This document shows positions 13,251 to 27,163 of a DNA stretch of 64,000 nucleotides, in pieces. This stretch comes from Callorhinchus milii. Taxonomy: Eukaryota. Every line of letters begins with the position of its first letter. The first letter of the stretch is position 1. The notes under the pieces were generated by a model, which saw only the letters and a list, made by a program, of their open reading frames with translations, was not told where the DNA came from and searched no databases. Where the stretch lies: positions 105,712,001-105,776,000 of the forward strand of contig NW_024704742.1 of assembly GCF_018977255.1 (NCBI RefSeq), in the 5' to 3' direction. The translations under genes were made by a program, and so were the position numbers.

Positions 13251-13400
13251 AGAAATGACTCAGATACTATTTGTGACTTCTGTCCCTTTTGGTTGTAAAA
13301 ACTTGTCAAAGCTTCTTGTTGCTTTTATTCAGCAGAAGGCAAGATATGGTGGCTTCATCTTTCATGCCTACTCTGTGGTATAGGAAGCATCAGCAGTGCC

Positions 13401-13464
13401 AGTCAGTGCCTTGGGACCTCCTCCTGACGTGAAAGGCGCTATACAAGTGTAATTTGTTGTTGTT
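13401..13464 (+). mobile_element. L2 LINE extreme 3' tail
   Basis: gtcagtgccttgggacctcctcctgacgtgaaaggcgctatacaagtgtaatttgttgttgtt. Confidence 0.85.
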
Positions 13465-15714
13465 ACCATTAGATCAAGTGTAGGTGTAGCAGAAAGTGAT
13501 TCTTACACCACACAGGTGAGCATTTGATGCATAGAGAGTTACTGCAAATGGGAATGCTGTCAGAATCTCTTATTCTATCATGTCTTTCTGCTGCCCTAAT
13601 ACAATTTCTCAGCATGGGGTGCCAGAAAATAAGTGTGTTAAGTTGATACTGTGAACAGGGTGGAATTCTCCGCACCAGAGAGTTGATCAACTGTAGGCCA
13701 CTGGAGTGTATAATACAGTCTACAGTCATATGGCACGTTTCAAAGCTCTTTGGGGTTTAGTGGAATTTCTTAGTAAGGTATTCCATTGGAAATCCTACCA
13801 ACCCTGGGAACTTTAATTCGGAAGTGAGTTGTGTCAGAGTGAAATTAACGCTGGTCAGTGTAACATGCCTCTAGTCACCAGAAGTGAACCAGAGGAAATA
13901 TGATTCCTTACTGAAGGAATCCCATTAGGAATTCCACATTTCCACTTCCTCTATGTTGAAAGATTGCCTCTTGTCTTGGCATGTGAAATGCAGGTAAAAT
14001 CATTTACCAGGGGTTGTTTTGAAATGTCTGTTTGGACCTCCTCAAGCTTGACATGACAAGCCCGTGGGTGTTCAACCAGATTTCATTTGGCTTCCTGTAG
14101 GATCTGTCTATCATATCAGTTCGGAGTGTATGTGGGGTGTGTGTATAATCGTTGAGGAACGGTTCTGGATGTTCTTTTGAGTGTAAAATGCTCTGAAATG
14201 ACTTACTGAACGGGAGGTGGAGGAGGGGGGTTGCGGGTTGCGGTCAGAAATGAGGTCGTAGTGGTTTATGCAGGAGTGAAAATACCAGGCGGGAAGCTAT
14301 TTTGTTTGTTCAGGCAGGACATGAGACATGCGGCAGAGCTTGCAACACTTCCTTTATGTGACGTTGAGAACACCGTGTGCTGTAGCCCCTGACACTGTCA
14401 GATCAGGCGTGAGAACAATCCCTTTTTGCATGTCTTAACCTGCTAAATAAGGCTGTGTTGGTAATAAAATTGGCAATCACTAGCACAGGATAAATAGCTT
14501 TATTTTGAAACAGTCCATAATGCCTGTACTGTAACACCAGGTAATTAGATTTAAAGTGGTTTCTTTGCAAGGATTTAATAAATCCCAGATAATTCCGATT
14601 GATCTCAGCCCTTTTCTCTTCTCGCGAGAGGATTGCTGTGTTGGTGTTGCAGTGGCGCGGCTGCATTTGATGGACATCCACGATGCATGAATGTAAACGC
14701 TGGCAATTTATTCACGTCGTTCAGGGGAGAAAAGCCTCGCAGTTTGAGCTTAAGAGTTTCTTGCCTGCCTCCGCCAAGCTTACGAAGCTGGAGATTGGCA
14801 CCAGACTGGTGCAAACGGGTCTAACAAACGTCCGGCTGTTTTCTAAGTGAGGCGGGAGGTGGATCGCTCCATGTGGTGGGCGGGTAGTTTAACATCTCTT
14901 GGAATTAATTCAGGACAATCGTAATTATAAACCCAGGGAAATCGTAGGCAGCACAGCTCCTCCTGCGGTGAAATGAACGTGGTTTCTACTGGACTGTTCC
15001 TATAATCATCTTTAAAATCTGGATGTGTGGGAGGGATCACAATTAGAATGGGTTTCAGACACAGGGGCTGGGAAGTTGCAGAACTGATTTATTTTGGCAT
15101 AATTGGAGAAGGGGAGAGCTAATCCCCCACCTCATGGTTCCTGGCCCGGACGTGATGTGCTCAGTGAGTGAGGTGCTCACATCCCTCCCTCCACGCTCAA
15201 ATTAAGACAATGTTTGCGGGAGCATCGACACAGGGCGCCGCACCTTATTTAAATTGTAGCACAGAGAAAAACACAGCAGGCAAATAAATATTTATCCTCG
15301 CAAGAGCTTTATTCAGGGATCCGTTCCCATTTTAAACCGGTGATTTCCCCCAGTCTTCCCCCTTCCTCTCCCCCCCACAGCTTCAATTCAGTTCATTTTC
15401 ATCTCCAAAATGGCGGGCCCTCTGGTATCTGTGTCGGCAGCCTGATACAGCCTCTCAGTAGACGCGAGCTGCCCGTCACTTTACATAGGAGGCTGGAGGT
15501 TGTATCGCCTGCACCCCCTTCCCCCCTGCTCCCCTCCCACTCTCTGTCTCTCTGTTTTGCGTCTGCGCTCTCACCAGGACACTGCTGCAGCTTGACAAGA
15601 TAGAGAGACCGCACGCACTCTGTGCACCATACCTGCTGCTGGCTGACCTCCGACTCATTTCCTTCCACAAAAAGCGCTTTGAACACCACACTCATCTCAC
15701 CTAATGCAGCAAGG

Positions 15715-15728
15715 CTCGCCATCTACTG
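15715..15728 (-). promoter_or_regulatory. Candidate CTCF core motif
   Basis: Minus strand reads CAGTAGATGGCGAG. Motif match only. Confidence 0.35.
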
Positions 15729-17150
15729 AAAAAGGTTTAGGGCATGCCGTGTGGTGTTTACACTTGCCGACTAGCAAAAAGCATCCGGAAGGCACAAACC
15801 AGTGATTTTTTTAACATGCACACAGGCGCATAAACACACACAAAATGTACGCTGCAAACAAAATTTGTTCCGCCAAAGGCTGGACTGGAGCATCTGAAAT
15901 TCATTTAGGTGGACATTGTACAACTCTAGTGAGGATGAAGAGGAAGGATTTGTGAAACCACCTTCTCTTTATCCTCAGCACAAAACCCTTCCGCTGAGAT
16001 CTTTCACCTCTCCACTTCTTAAATATCCAAGGGGCAAACTGGCCATTCTTATTAATCGGCTTAAAGCTAATGAGATGAATGGATCTTAAGAAGGATCTCA
16101 AACTGTCTTAAGCCTTCCACATCGGCCTTCTGTGGTGCACGAGAGGAGGAGGGGTAGTGTTTGGAAGGGGGAAGGGAAGCAATAGATCAGACTGCAGAGA
16201 ACAGTGAGCCCTTAGTTTTAGGAGATGTCAACACGTTCTTAGGTTTTACTGAGAGTATCTGTCTCTTACCTTCCCTCCCTATCTCCTCCCCCTTCCCCCC
16301 GCTCTCAGTTCAACGAAAGCTGAAAAACAAACTTCACTTTGCTTTGGTTAAAAATGTCATGGGAGTCAAACAGAATCGGCAGCGCTGTCCTCAGGTGTTG
16401 TATTTGTTGTTAGTGAAGCCCCGTTTGATAACCTATCCTCCGACTTTCTTTTTCCCCTTGTTGCTATCTGGATTCACAATCCACCAGTGACACTTGGAAA
16501 TATTTCAATGGAATCTGCTGTTTCTTAGCTACAAGGACTTTGAACCATTGCCAGACAGTATCAGGCATTATTTTTGATAACTTACTTTTGCCTTCATATC
16601 CCGTTAAAGCCCAGGCTGCGAATGCCCCTTTATACCTCAGTTACACGTGTGTGTTCTGTGCTTTGTCTCAGTTATGTGCTTTGTTTGCCGCCAGACGATG
16701 GGAAACACATTTTCTTCAGATGCTTGAAAAGTCCTTCGTTCCTCGGAGGACTAATAAGGTGTAGAGCTGGAAGTGGTTGCTGTGGTGCTGGGTGAGAAGC
16801 GCTTCTCAATGCTGTGGAGGTGATGGCAGCTGGGAGTCGGGAGTATTTTTATCCAACCATATACCTCTGATTGGAACAAGTCACACTTGTCAGCAGTTAT
16901 AGAACACCTCATCAGACTATATAGTACAGTAGTGTTAGATCACTATTTTCACTTGGTGTAGTACAGCAGTGATGGATTCCATTTTTACACTGTGGTAGAG
17001 AATTGACTGATGCTATCTTCACTCTGTGTGCAAGTCACTTTGTTTGGCCTACATTGCGGCAGACTAAATTATTTCTATCGAATGTTGGTGATAAATTCCA
17101 ATTGGGAGCTGGAACATTGCGTGGTTTCGATTTAGTGACCTTGAAATGTT

Positions 17151-17340
17151 TCAACTCTGTCCCGAGGCCCCTCCGACTCCCTCCCTAACCTCGTTCAAGA
17201 CCCATCTGTAGACAGACCTCTTTGATTGCGCTTTCAGTCATCTTTCAGACCGCACTCCCAAGCTCGGGTGCCGAGCCAGCAGTGTCAAGCTACTTGAGAC
17301 ATTCTCCCGACATGAAAGGCATATAAATGTAAATTGTATT
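17151..17340 (+). mobile_element. L2 LINE 3' fragment
   Basis: ttcaagacccatctgtagacagacctctttga resembles the FK.HLKT.LFD end of ORF2, followed by the L2 tail. Confidence 0.8.
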
Positions 17341-19479
17341 ATATATACTGTAAATTTAGAGCAACAGTTTGAACAATTTTAATGAATTGTTAAAGTCAAT
17401 TTTGTATCTAACGGCAACTTTAGTCCGTCTTAAATCTACCTTTCCCTGAAAAGCCTCAATTTAAACTGCATCTTGTTTGACCCCTGTCAGTGCTGCAACA
17501 TGACTGCACTGTGTCACGGCAGTAATTTGGAGAATTTAAATTTCAGAGTTATTTGTGAAAGAAAACACTGAGCAGGAAATCCTTACACATCTGGCAAAAC
17601 TGCAAGTTGAGTATTTCTCGAAGAACCTGCTGTGAAACAGCTTTGTTTACTGGGGCAACCAAACAGTTAAAAATTTTATCTGCCCTTTCAAGAAAATTGT
17701 ATTGTTCTTAATTTGGAGGAAATTGTTCCTCATTGCCATTAATTTAAAGGAAATTGTTCCCTTTCAACTAATTTGTCAAACAATGTACATTGATGTTTAC
17801 TACTGATGAAAGGCTAGATAGTGTTAAGAGAAAATCATGCAGTGATTTATTGCTGGTTTTAAGCACCAAGCACTTCCCCTCCTTGAATGTCTGAACTAGG
17901 TATGTACTGTACGTGCTAATTTTGCAGAAGTGAATACACGCCATGAATAGACTTGTGGAATAAATTGAACTGTACGCCTGAGGCCTGACATTTTGCATGG
18001 CCTGAGCCTTAACTTATTGTATTCAATATTTTAAAATTTAACATTGTACAGAATTTTGGACAAATTCTTAAAATCTCAGTCTTGATTTGGGAGCCTTTTT
18101 TTAAAAATGATTTTCCAAAATGCGGCACAATCAAAACCGGGTCCATGAGAAATGTCAGATCTCTTCATTCCCGACACATTCAGTTCTCAACAAACAGAAC
18201 TATTGTTTATTTGCCACTAAAACTAGCATCCCAGGTTGCAGAGGGCTGGGTTCCCTGTTTATGTATTTGTTAATGTTAGGTGGAAATAAGCACAATAGAG
18301 ACTTGATCTTGCTTACGTTAGAAGCTGAGTAGTACAATGCTTTCCCAGTGTGCGTTGATTTTCATTCAGGTTAAAGGCCTTGTTTATTTCCACACTGTTT
18401 GCAGCATGATCTAGCAAGTATCCATTTCTTTCCAAAGTGTTTATTTTATTACTCCCTCCTCCACACACACAAACACACACACACGTACGCACAATATCTG
18501 TACATATTGCCAGTGTTTATGCTGAGTGTATGTGTGTTTGGGGGAGGGAAATAATTTTTAAAAATTGTCGCACGATTAGCCACCTTTCTGCGTCATTTCC
18601 CAGTAAGTTGCCGTGATTTTGACTTGGTTTGTGTTGTGTCGCATTAATAGTCTGCAAAGGAAGAGATAAAGCATTTCCTGCCATTGAATTTCAGCATGCT
18701 CTGTGTTTTGTGGGCAATGAGAAATTAAAGGATATCTGTGAGCTGGTGGCAATGCATGGCATGTGAATTTCACACGCTCACGGAGAAAAATCGCCCACCG
18801 TGGTGACTCCTACACTGCATTTAGGCTTGTTTTATTATGTGTATGTGTGTTTGGCTGGCCTTTAACCAGATAAATTAAAAATAGATATTCCTAGTGGAAT
18901 CCTTTCCCTTTGAAATAACACACCCTTTCCTGAACTGTCTGTCCTAAGATGAACGACCAGAACAGCTATGTTCTGTTAGTGAAATGGCATTCGACTCATT
19001 TTTTCCGGGAGGGTGGTTTAAGAAGCTATTTAAGTCCTTGAGATGCAGGCAGCCTTATGCTGGCAAGCGTTCCCATTTGATAAATTTTCTCCAGCCACCA
19101 CATTCTTAAGTGTAATGATGAAGGTAATCGAAAGCAGCCTAGGGAAAATACTCAAGTGAGCTTAAGCTGAAGTGCAGAGAAAATGATCATTCGGCAGCCC
19201 ACCGTATGATAGAGGGTCTCCTCCACGAACGGATATGTGAAACGGAACCTCTTCAGCTCTGTACTTGTCTGTCAACCAGTGGTTTTCAGCTCCCCTTCAA
19301 AAACTGACCGTGCTTGTCTAAACCTCGTCGTGTGGAACCTCTGCTTATTGCCCTCAATGCTGTTTTTCCATCCTATGTGCCTGTGAGTGAAGCCGGAGCT
19401 GGGTCATCCACTAAAACGCGTCTGAATTGAGATTTTCTGTGTGACTCTCACAGTAAAGGCTCACCCGTGCATTGAACTA

Positions 19480-20370
19480 ATGTTACTTGTGTCAAACTGA
19501 GATGGGAATAAGGGTGGAATACATGCATGAGTTAAATTAAGATGTATGTGTAGAGCTGAAATAAGAGCAGGATCTGTAGGTATCACTGGAGTCAGATTAC
19601 AATGAAAATAAGGACATAATCTATACCTATCATTGGAGTAAATTACAATGAAAATAAGAACAGAATCTATACCTATTACTGGAGCTACATTAAATGAAAA
19701 TAAGCAGGATATATAGATATCACTGGAATTAAATTGATATCTAAAATAAAAGTTGGATTTATACATATTGATGTATGTAAATTTGGATAGAATATGCAGA
19801 TATAAATGTGCCATTTGTACTAAAATTTAACCAAAATAAGAGCGAAATATAAAGAACACTGGAGTTAAATTGTGGTATACATGTTGAACCCAAATATCAA
19901 TGGAATATATATATGTACACTGTACATAACACAACAGTTACTTTAAGATAATTTATACGTATATATGTGGAATCTATTACTGGATTATAAGAGTGGAACA
20001 TATTACTGGAGTTAAACTGAGGTGTTGATTCAGCACATTTCACTGGAGATAAATGAATGTAAAAATAAGCGGATTACCTGTATATAAATCACTTACAAAT
20101 CACGTACATTAAATTGAGACTGCAATGTATGATGACTTGTGATAAATAGAGATGAACAAAATATATATGTATCGTGCCTGTTAATCAGAATTAAATTAGA
20201 TGTATCTATATCACGTGTCAATTAATATAGGAATATTTTGAATGTTTGCTTATCACTGAAATTAAATTAATATTGGAATAATTTGAATACATACAAATCA
20301 CTGGTATCGAATTAAGGTAAATCGTAAACAGGATTTAAGCAAATCATTGTGTTAAGATGAAAAATAAAAT
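19480..20370. repeat. Degenerate AT-rich minisatellite, unit about 46-47 bp
   Basis: Unit close to tgaaaataagagcaggatctatacctatcactggagttaaattacaa. About four clear copies at 19557-19740, and atcactggagttaaatt-like cores recur to about 20350. Confidence 0.8.
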
Positions 20371-23098
20371 GGGTGTAATATGAAGACATGTTAAAAGTAT
20401 TCACTGCAGAACGTTAAATTGTTTTAATGTGAATTAACCCATCTCTGCTTATTCCCTGAGTGCTTAAAGAACACAAATGAAAATTAATTTGTTGATGATT
20501 TTACAGTACAATACTACGAAATTGCTTAGTCTACCTACATTGAGTGTAGTATTCACCCAGTCTTGTAGCTTTCCAGCCTCCGATATTATATTTCTTTAAA
20601 TAGGAGCCGACCGGGATAGATAAAATTTTTGTTAGTTTGGAAGCGCAGTTGAAGTAGCATGAGAAAAATCAGATCTTCTCTTTTTTTTTAAGTGGTTTTC
20701 GATCTAGCAACTACATTCCGTGCCCCCAACCTTGGGAAAAAAGAAAATCTGTGAGCTGATGGGTAACTCGCAAGCTTCCCATTAGCTTCATTGACATGGC
20801 TCCCAGCTGTGTTTGGAAGCCGGGGGAGACTTGGGGACCCTGTGCAGTGGGCTACAGGAGGCAGGGCTTTTTTTTAACCTTAACAAAAATGCTCTTGGAA
20901 TAATTTGAACAAATCATTGCATTTGTCACTTGGGCCACCTTTATGTCCGGTGTCTTATTTAAAAAAAGCTTTTGGATCATTTCCCATTTGTGACTGAGCC
21001 TCGAAAAGGAGGGCAGGGGGATATTCTGATATTTCCTGAACTCCAGCAGTGAGAAGGGACTGCTGGCTGAATAATGCAGGAACTTTCTGCTGATTTTAAA
21101 GTAAACAGGGAGTTGTCAGTACATTAGGACTTTGAACCTGCCCTGTTGGTACATTACTTGTGCTGGTCTTGTATCGCTGGTAAAAGGAGCATGGCACGCA
21201 GGTGTTTAAATTATTTACACTCATAATCGTCCTTTATGTTACATCTCAAAGCCATGGCTCTGTTATTCTTTTGCATAATTGATGGTGCTCAGTACTGGAA
21301 GAGTTAGAATAGCAGAAGTAATGTGATGCGAATGTGCACCGAAGCAGCAAGGCAGTCAGCTGGCATTGCACTGCGGTGATGTGTGGGTACAGCAATCACT
21401 GGCTTGCGTGTATGAGCTCTGTACGTGCACAGCTAGGAGCAGGCAAAGGGGGCCGTCTAAGCATAACAGGACTTGACACTTAACAACAACTGGATGGCAA
21501 TCTGATCAGAATGGATTGGTTCATGGTTACAAACTAGCTGCACTTGGGGAGGCAAAATTTCCTATAGGGGCATGTCCCAGAGCATACTATCAGCACGAAA
21601 ATGGCCCGAGACAGACTGCGTGTGTTTCGTTTGGTGATGTTGACCGTTGCTGTTTTAGATATAATATTATTAGATATTTATAAAATGCAGATGACCTGAT
21701 TAAGAATCGAAAACAAATTCAAACCACAATTTGAGATGTCTCTACGACGCGAAAAGGCGCTGTATTAGCATTGTCATTACAATATCAGCACATTTGTTAC
21801 CAAAACCCAAAGTAAATAATGTTAGACTTTAATGTTCAATTAGACCAAATTTAGTTGTCACCAATTTCTTCCCGATCCAGACTGAGTTTGGAAGTGAAAG
21901 GGTACCAAAGCAGATCATAATGGGATGTGACTAGAGTCTGGATTTTCTTCAAATTTATCAACTGTGTTTACTTCATAAGAATTTATTAAAATATTGTTGA
22001 AAAGAAATACTTTGGAATGGATCCTGATAAAAGATAAATCAATGTTTTGATTTTCTTGGCCCTAGGGTATTTATTGACTCACAGGAAACTCTGCTTTATT
22101 GTTCCTAACCTGCACTAAAGTAACAGAGCCCCATAGAGAAGCTTGTACAAGCCTTTATGTAACCTCATAGATTATTAGTGGCTCTTATGAATCACAAAAG
22201 ATAAAAGAGTGGATGGGTCTTCTGGAGATCACACAGGCGATCTTCTTTTAGAAATCTATAACTCTTTTCACCCATCTCAGGAATTATCTCTTCTCTTTCC
22301 TCCTGCGCTGTTGATAATTTTAAGCCCTTTAATTGGCTGGAAAATGTTGAAATGAAAAAGAAGAAACGGTTGCCTTTGAGAAAGCAGCATTCCAGTTTAC
22401 ACCGAGATTAACTGGGAGATGAGAAGAACCCTTTTTTTTTATCATTGTTCTGAACAAAATCTAATTTAAGGGGAATTTAATTTTAATACGGTGAACAAAG
22501 CCAATGTGGGTAACTGTTCATTACCCCGAGGTACCTGACGAGAGCAAAAAAACCTAAATTCAGTCGGATTTGATAATGCCATATTGCGGTCTAAAATGTG
22601 GATGGTCTAATAACCTATGAGTGATTCTGTATTCTTTTTCATTGGTTAATTGCATCTTTAGGGGCATTGTATGCATTTAAACACGGTTAAGCCATGGGCT
22701 CTTCACCCAACCCGAATTTTGCAACCTTATTATTGGCATTAGATGGAATTTGAAACTATTCTGGATTATTTCAGTGTAGCTCTTACCTCACAGGGAAGTG
22801 TAAATGATTCACACTCACTTACCAAAGGGCTCATCCATATGCTGCAATGGAATTTACGGTCATTACTTATGAATCGCAGTGGACTACTGATGATTTAATA
22901 GAATGTCAGGAAATCAAAATAGAGTTAAATTTGTTCTTCTCAAATGTTTCTCTGGGGTGATTTGACTGTGCTGGTCCAGCCAAGACATAAAGCAACTTTG
23001 TATCGGTCAATGTGGAAAATGAAATGTTTGTGACTAATAGATTTTGTAATCAGACTTTAACCCGAATAGATTTGACTGTGATACGTTTTTTCAAAATG

Positions 23099-23326
23099 GT
23101 TGTATCCTTGTGTTACGTTGTGCATGTATCCTTGTGTTACTCTGTGCTTGTATCCTTGTGTTACTCTGTGCTTGAATCCTTGTGTTACTCTGTGCTTGTA
23201 TCCTTGTTACTCTGTGCTTGTATCCTTGTGTTACGTTGTGCTTGTATCCTTGTTACTCTGTGCTTGTATCCTTGTGTTACTCTGTGCTTGAATCCTTGTG
23301 TTACTCTGTGCTTGTATCCTTGTGTT
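23099..23326. repeat. Minisatellite with 24-bp and 21-bp units, about 10 copies
   Basis: ttgtatccttgtgttactctgtgc with short-unit, gttgtgc and ttgaatcc variants. Confidence 0.97.
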
Positions 23327-25389
23327 AGTAGTGGGTTCCCTGAGGTAGTAGGTATTGTTTTTGTTACTTTTTAAGTCATTGTATTCTGGAGTTGGATAGA
23401 ATGGCACACGTTCGATGCTGAACATCTGCCGTGCTGTCCATCTTGCCCGCTAAGACCAGCGTTCTTCATGAGGCAATAATGTAGCCTCAAGCAGGGCGGT
23501 GGGACAAGGGCAGCCAGGTGATAACTGAACTATTTACAGACGAAACCCCTGCGAGCGAAATGCCCTTATTTCCACGAGAAAGGCTTTTACATATACACAT
23601 TATAAATCCTGAATTCTAAATACATTCTCTTCTGTTGGCGCATTACCATCTCCATCACAATGCACGGCTGCGCCACTTAATGTCTGCGTTCAGTGGGGTG
23701 CGTTGTGCGACGAGAGCAGCGGAGGAGGCTTATACAATGTGCTGACCGTTTTGCTGCAAATAAGCGGTTATCTCACATACACAGCCATCCTGACCACTAG
23801 AACTGAGTGTAGGCAGGAACTTATTCCTTCTAGTTTTCCAAATGTTCATAAGGAAAATGGAGGTGCTCGGATAACCTGATGTTCTCTATCATTTGAGGCC
23901 TTCAAGGCTTCTCCGTGTGATTAAATTCACTATATTTTATGACCTGTAATATATTTAATAGGGATAAGTTCATTGTTACTTATTTTCCCTTTTGAGGTGG
24001 GGTGGTTGTGAAGTGGAGCTAACCATCCATGGATTTTATTTGCCTGCATTCTTTGTCTGCGATCAGGAACAAAAAGAACATTTGTCACACGCTCTGGGCC
24101 TTCCATTAAATTCGAAAAATGTAATTTGTAAAATCATCATTATGGATTTAACCAAATGATGATGAGGAACAGAGCATAAGAAATATTTCATTTAGACCAA
24201 TCTTATGGTATTTAATGAAGCAGTGCAGAAATATAAATCTTTAAGGAATAAAGAATGAACTGCCCTTAATAGACCATAAAACAGCTTTCTTCTGTTTTAA
24301 AATTACAACCAGCTAAGAAAACACAGCGAGTCCGTGGAAGGAGCATGGGCAAGTGGATGATTGGGTTTCTGGGAGGATGGGCTGCTGTATGTGTTCAGCT
24401 CCCTGTTACACTTTAAAACCAGGAGTGTGGATGTTTGGGGAGTCGTAGTCAGTAGGGGGGTAATGAAAAAGCTGATTAACGAATCATTATCCACAACGCA
24501 GACATGGACCTGAAATATGTTTTACAATATGAGGCTTCCCTACGACGGGACATCAAACGCATCCATCTATCAGAGGAGATTAAGCCATTTTAAAATTTGT
24601 CTCGGCAGCGCGATCGATGCTCGAGTTGCCATTTCAATCCACTGAAGCGTTCACATTTCTCGTGCTATAAATTCTTGCTGTGTGCACGCAAGTGGTGGAA
24701 GGGGACCGGTCACTGGCACTGACAGCCTGCGACTTGGAGTTTGAAATGGAATCAGAACTAAAGTGTGCTTGGAGAGGAAAGAGAGGAAATCAATTTGTTT
24801 TTTTTTAGTTGTTGCCTTCTTTCTGAATTTTGGTCAAGTAAAATATTTTTTGTTGTGCGGGAAAAATAAGTAAATTGCAGTCATTTTCTGAACGAGTATG
24901 CTTCATTTGGAGAGATGAAACATTGAAAACAGAAGCAACATTTAAATCACAATTGACAAGGCTGGCTCTTCTTTTAATTATATTTTTTGTTGATTTCGAT
25001 TATCCTGAAAATGCCTGTACTTTTCTTGCAAAATTTACTTGAGAATTTTTAGCACTGGAATTGGATTTTATTTTTTTAGCGGCAATTTTGTAGGCGTAAA
25101 AAGCGAGAATGCATTTTACGAACGATAAAAGGATCCTCTGAAAGGATGCACCATTATCAGAAGGATTAATTCAGAAGTAAATCCGCAATACAGTAATTCT
25201 ATGAATGTTAATCTCGATATAGAAAAATACGGATTTATTGCAAAAGCATCAGATTCAAATGCCGGCTGCATTGTAAAATGTTAGTAAAATCCATCCATTC
25301 ATTACATTCAAATTTACTGCAATTTACAACCGTAAAATCCACAAATATGTGTAGCTTAGGGCAGCTTTGAAACATTTCTCCTGTAACTA

Positions 25390-25596
25390 ATAATAATTCT
25401 TGCATTTGATATAGTACTTTCATATAGAAAGGACGTCTCAAAGAGCTTCAGAGATTTAGTGTAAAGTGCGGAGACTGTATTTTGTAGGCAACTGCAGCAG
25501 CCAATTTAAACACTGCAATGTCCCACAAATAACCATAAAGTGAATGACCCATTTTTTATCTCTGGAATTGTTGGTCAGGACATGGTAGAAACTGCC
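25390..25596 (-). mobile_element. Older related SINE, 3' half
   Basis: cttgcatttgatatag...gcagcagccaattt...tgtcccacaaa. Confidence 0.8.
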
Positions 25597-26221
25597 TATT
25601 TTAGGAAGGCTATACTCATCCTCAAATATAAGGATGGTATTTTAAGACAACTTTTAATTAAATTTAATCCATTGTTTAACTCACGTTTGATTAAAATATC
25701 TCCCAGACTCTAGCATTCAGAAACCCGCAAGCAGTGACACTGATTTATTAACAATAATTAATGCACAACAAGATTTTAAAGTGCAGTTACAGGCCTTGTT
25801 TTGAGGATAATGCGAGGGTGGTACAGTTATCTCAAATAGATTAATTGTACGGCTAAGACAAATAGCTTTACATTGAGCTCAGATAAATAAGACTTAACTG
25901 TGCATCAGAACGCATGGCTAACATTAGTAATTAAATGTACCAATACATTATATAATTAGCATTTACTTCCTGTTTAGTTATATGGCCTGTATTACATCCC
26001 ATGAACCCTAAACTTAATTCATTAAAAAAACACAAAGGAATACACAGTGCAGTAAATTAGCGAGTACTGTTTGTGCATGTAATCTCAGTGACTGAGGATA
26101 CTGCAAATTCAGCCTTGTGCCATTATAGCAGCTTAACCTGAATCACCACAGGTCAGACTGTGCTGTTTAACTAGAAAGAGGTAGTCAGCCTGAAGAAATT
26201 ATCCAGAGTTCATTTGCTTTC

Positions 26222-26346
26222 CATTTTCACCTACAAAATACACAGTTACTGCAATTTACAGTAAAATCTTGTGAAGCTCTTGGTGAAACATCCTCCTCAC
26301 ATGAGAGGTGTTGAATCAAATGCAAGGATTATTATTATTTATTATT
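26222..26346 (+). mobile_element. SINE 3' tail fragment
   Basis: cctacaaaatacacagt...caaatgcaaggattattatt. Confidence 0.8.
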
Positions 26347-26867
26347 TTGTTCAGGTAACAATTGGTATTTTTGAAATCAATTTAATTATATTTCAACTGT
26401 TACATTTACCAGATTTGTTGGTGTGAAAATAAAAAGTAGTTTTACGCATGTGGCGCAATACAGACTGATTTAACACCTGACCCAAACGTACAGTTGATTT
26501 TACATTTATCCTTTATTAAAAAAATGTCACCTTTTGAGCCAGTGCATTGGCTCATTCAGCTGAAAGGCGGGATAAATCTAACGAGAGAGGGTATAAAATG
26601 AACTGGTTAAAGATCAAAGAGTCCATTGTCACCATTTTTTAATTGTTTTATCTTTGTCTTTGATCAGTTCAGGTTATTCTGCCAAACTGATAGTATTTCA
26701 GATGCATGGGGTGAGGCGAGGGTTGGGAGGAAAAGTCTGTTCATTTTATATTCCAGATCAGATAAATTAAACCTGCTATCTAGAAAAGCAATTTTCTTAT
26801 CCTATTTATCGGAACTTTCTAAGTTATGTATGGATAGGTTACATATAAAAATTGGTCTTTCACTTCT

Positions 26868-27002
26868 TGGCTATTTGTGGAACATTGCTGTGCGCAAATT
26901 GGCATCCACATATACTTCACAGTAAAATCCTGTGAAACCACTTGAGATGTCTCGACGACGTGATAAAGGGTTATTATCAACTGTAAGATTATAATTATTA
27001 TT
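26868..27002 (+). mobile_element. SINE 3' fragment
   Basis: tttgtggaacattgctgtgcgcaaattggc...gagatgtctcgacgacgtgataaagg. Confidence 0.8.
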
Positions 27003-27163
27003 TTGGGGAGGAAGATAATTTTCTTATCTGGAGAAAGAAGCTCCGCTGCCTGGCTATTTCTAGGAAAAAAATCTTAGAGAATATTGTTGGAAATCAGCGA
27101 GAGGAGAAGTTCTAACTAAAAGCAGAATCACACTGGACAAAGACAGCATGCAATAAAAATCTT

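Noticed and set aside
13760..13937. Inverted repeat gtggaatt...aattccac
   Set aside because: Arms are short and need several gaps; not enough to call an element.
16381..16402. REST/RE1 site (agcgctgtcctcaggtgttg), also ttcagcacc at 32766
   Set aside because: Wrong half-site spacing or a mismatched second half-site.
17710..17762. Twin ggaaattgttcc motifs 31 bp apart
   Set aside because: Most simply a small local tandem duplication, with no further support for a regulatory role.
19557..20350. CRISPR-like repeat-spacer array
   Set aside because: Vertebrate context, degenerate repeats, spacers homologous to one another, and no cas genes.
23341..23365. let-7-like sequence tgaggtagtaggtattgtttttgtt
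   Set aside because: The first 13 nt match let-7, but the 3' half differs and I find no complementary 3p arm downstream, so there is no pre-miRNA hairpin.
23012..23425. Repetitive ORFs (LCYSVLVS, TRIQAQSN)
   Set aside because: By-products of a minisatellite whose unit lengths are multiples of three.
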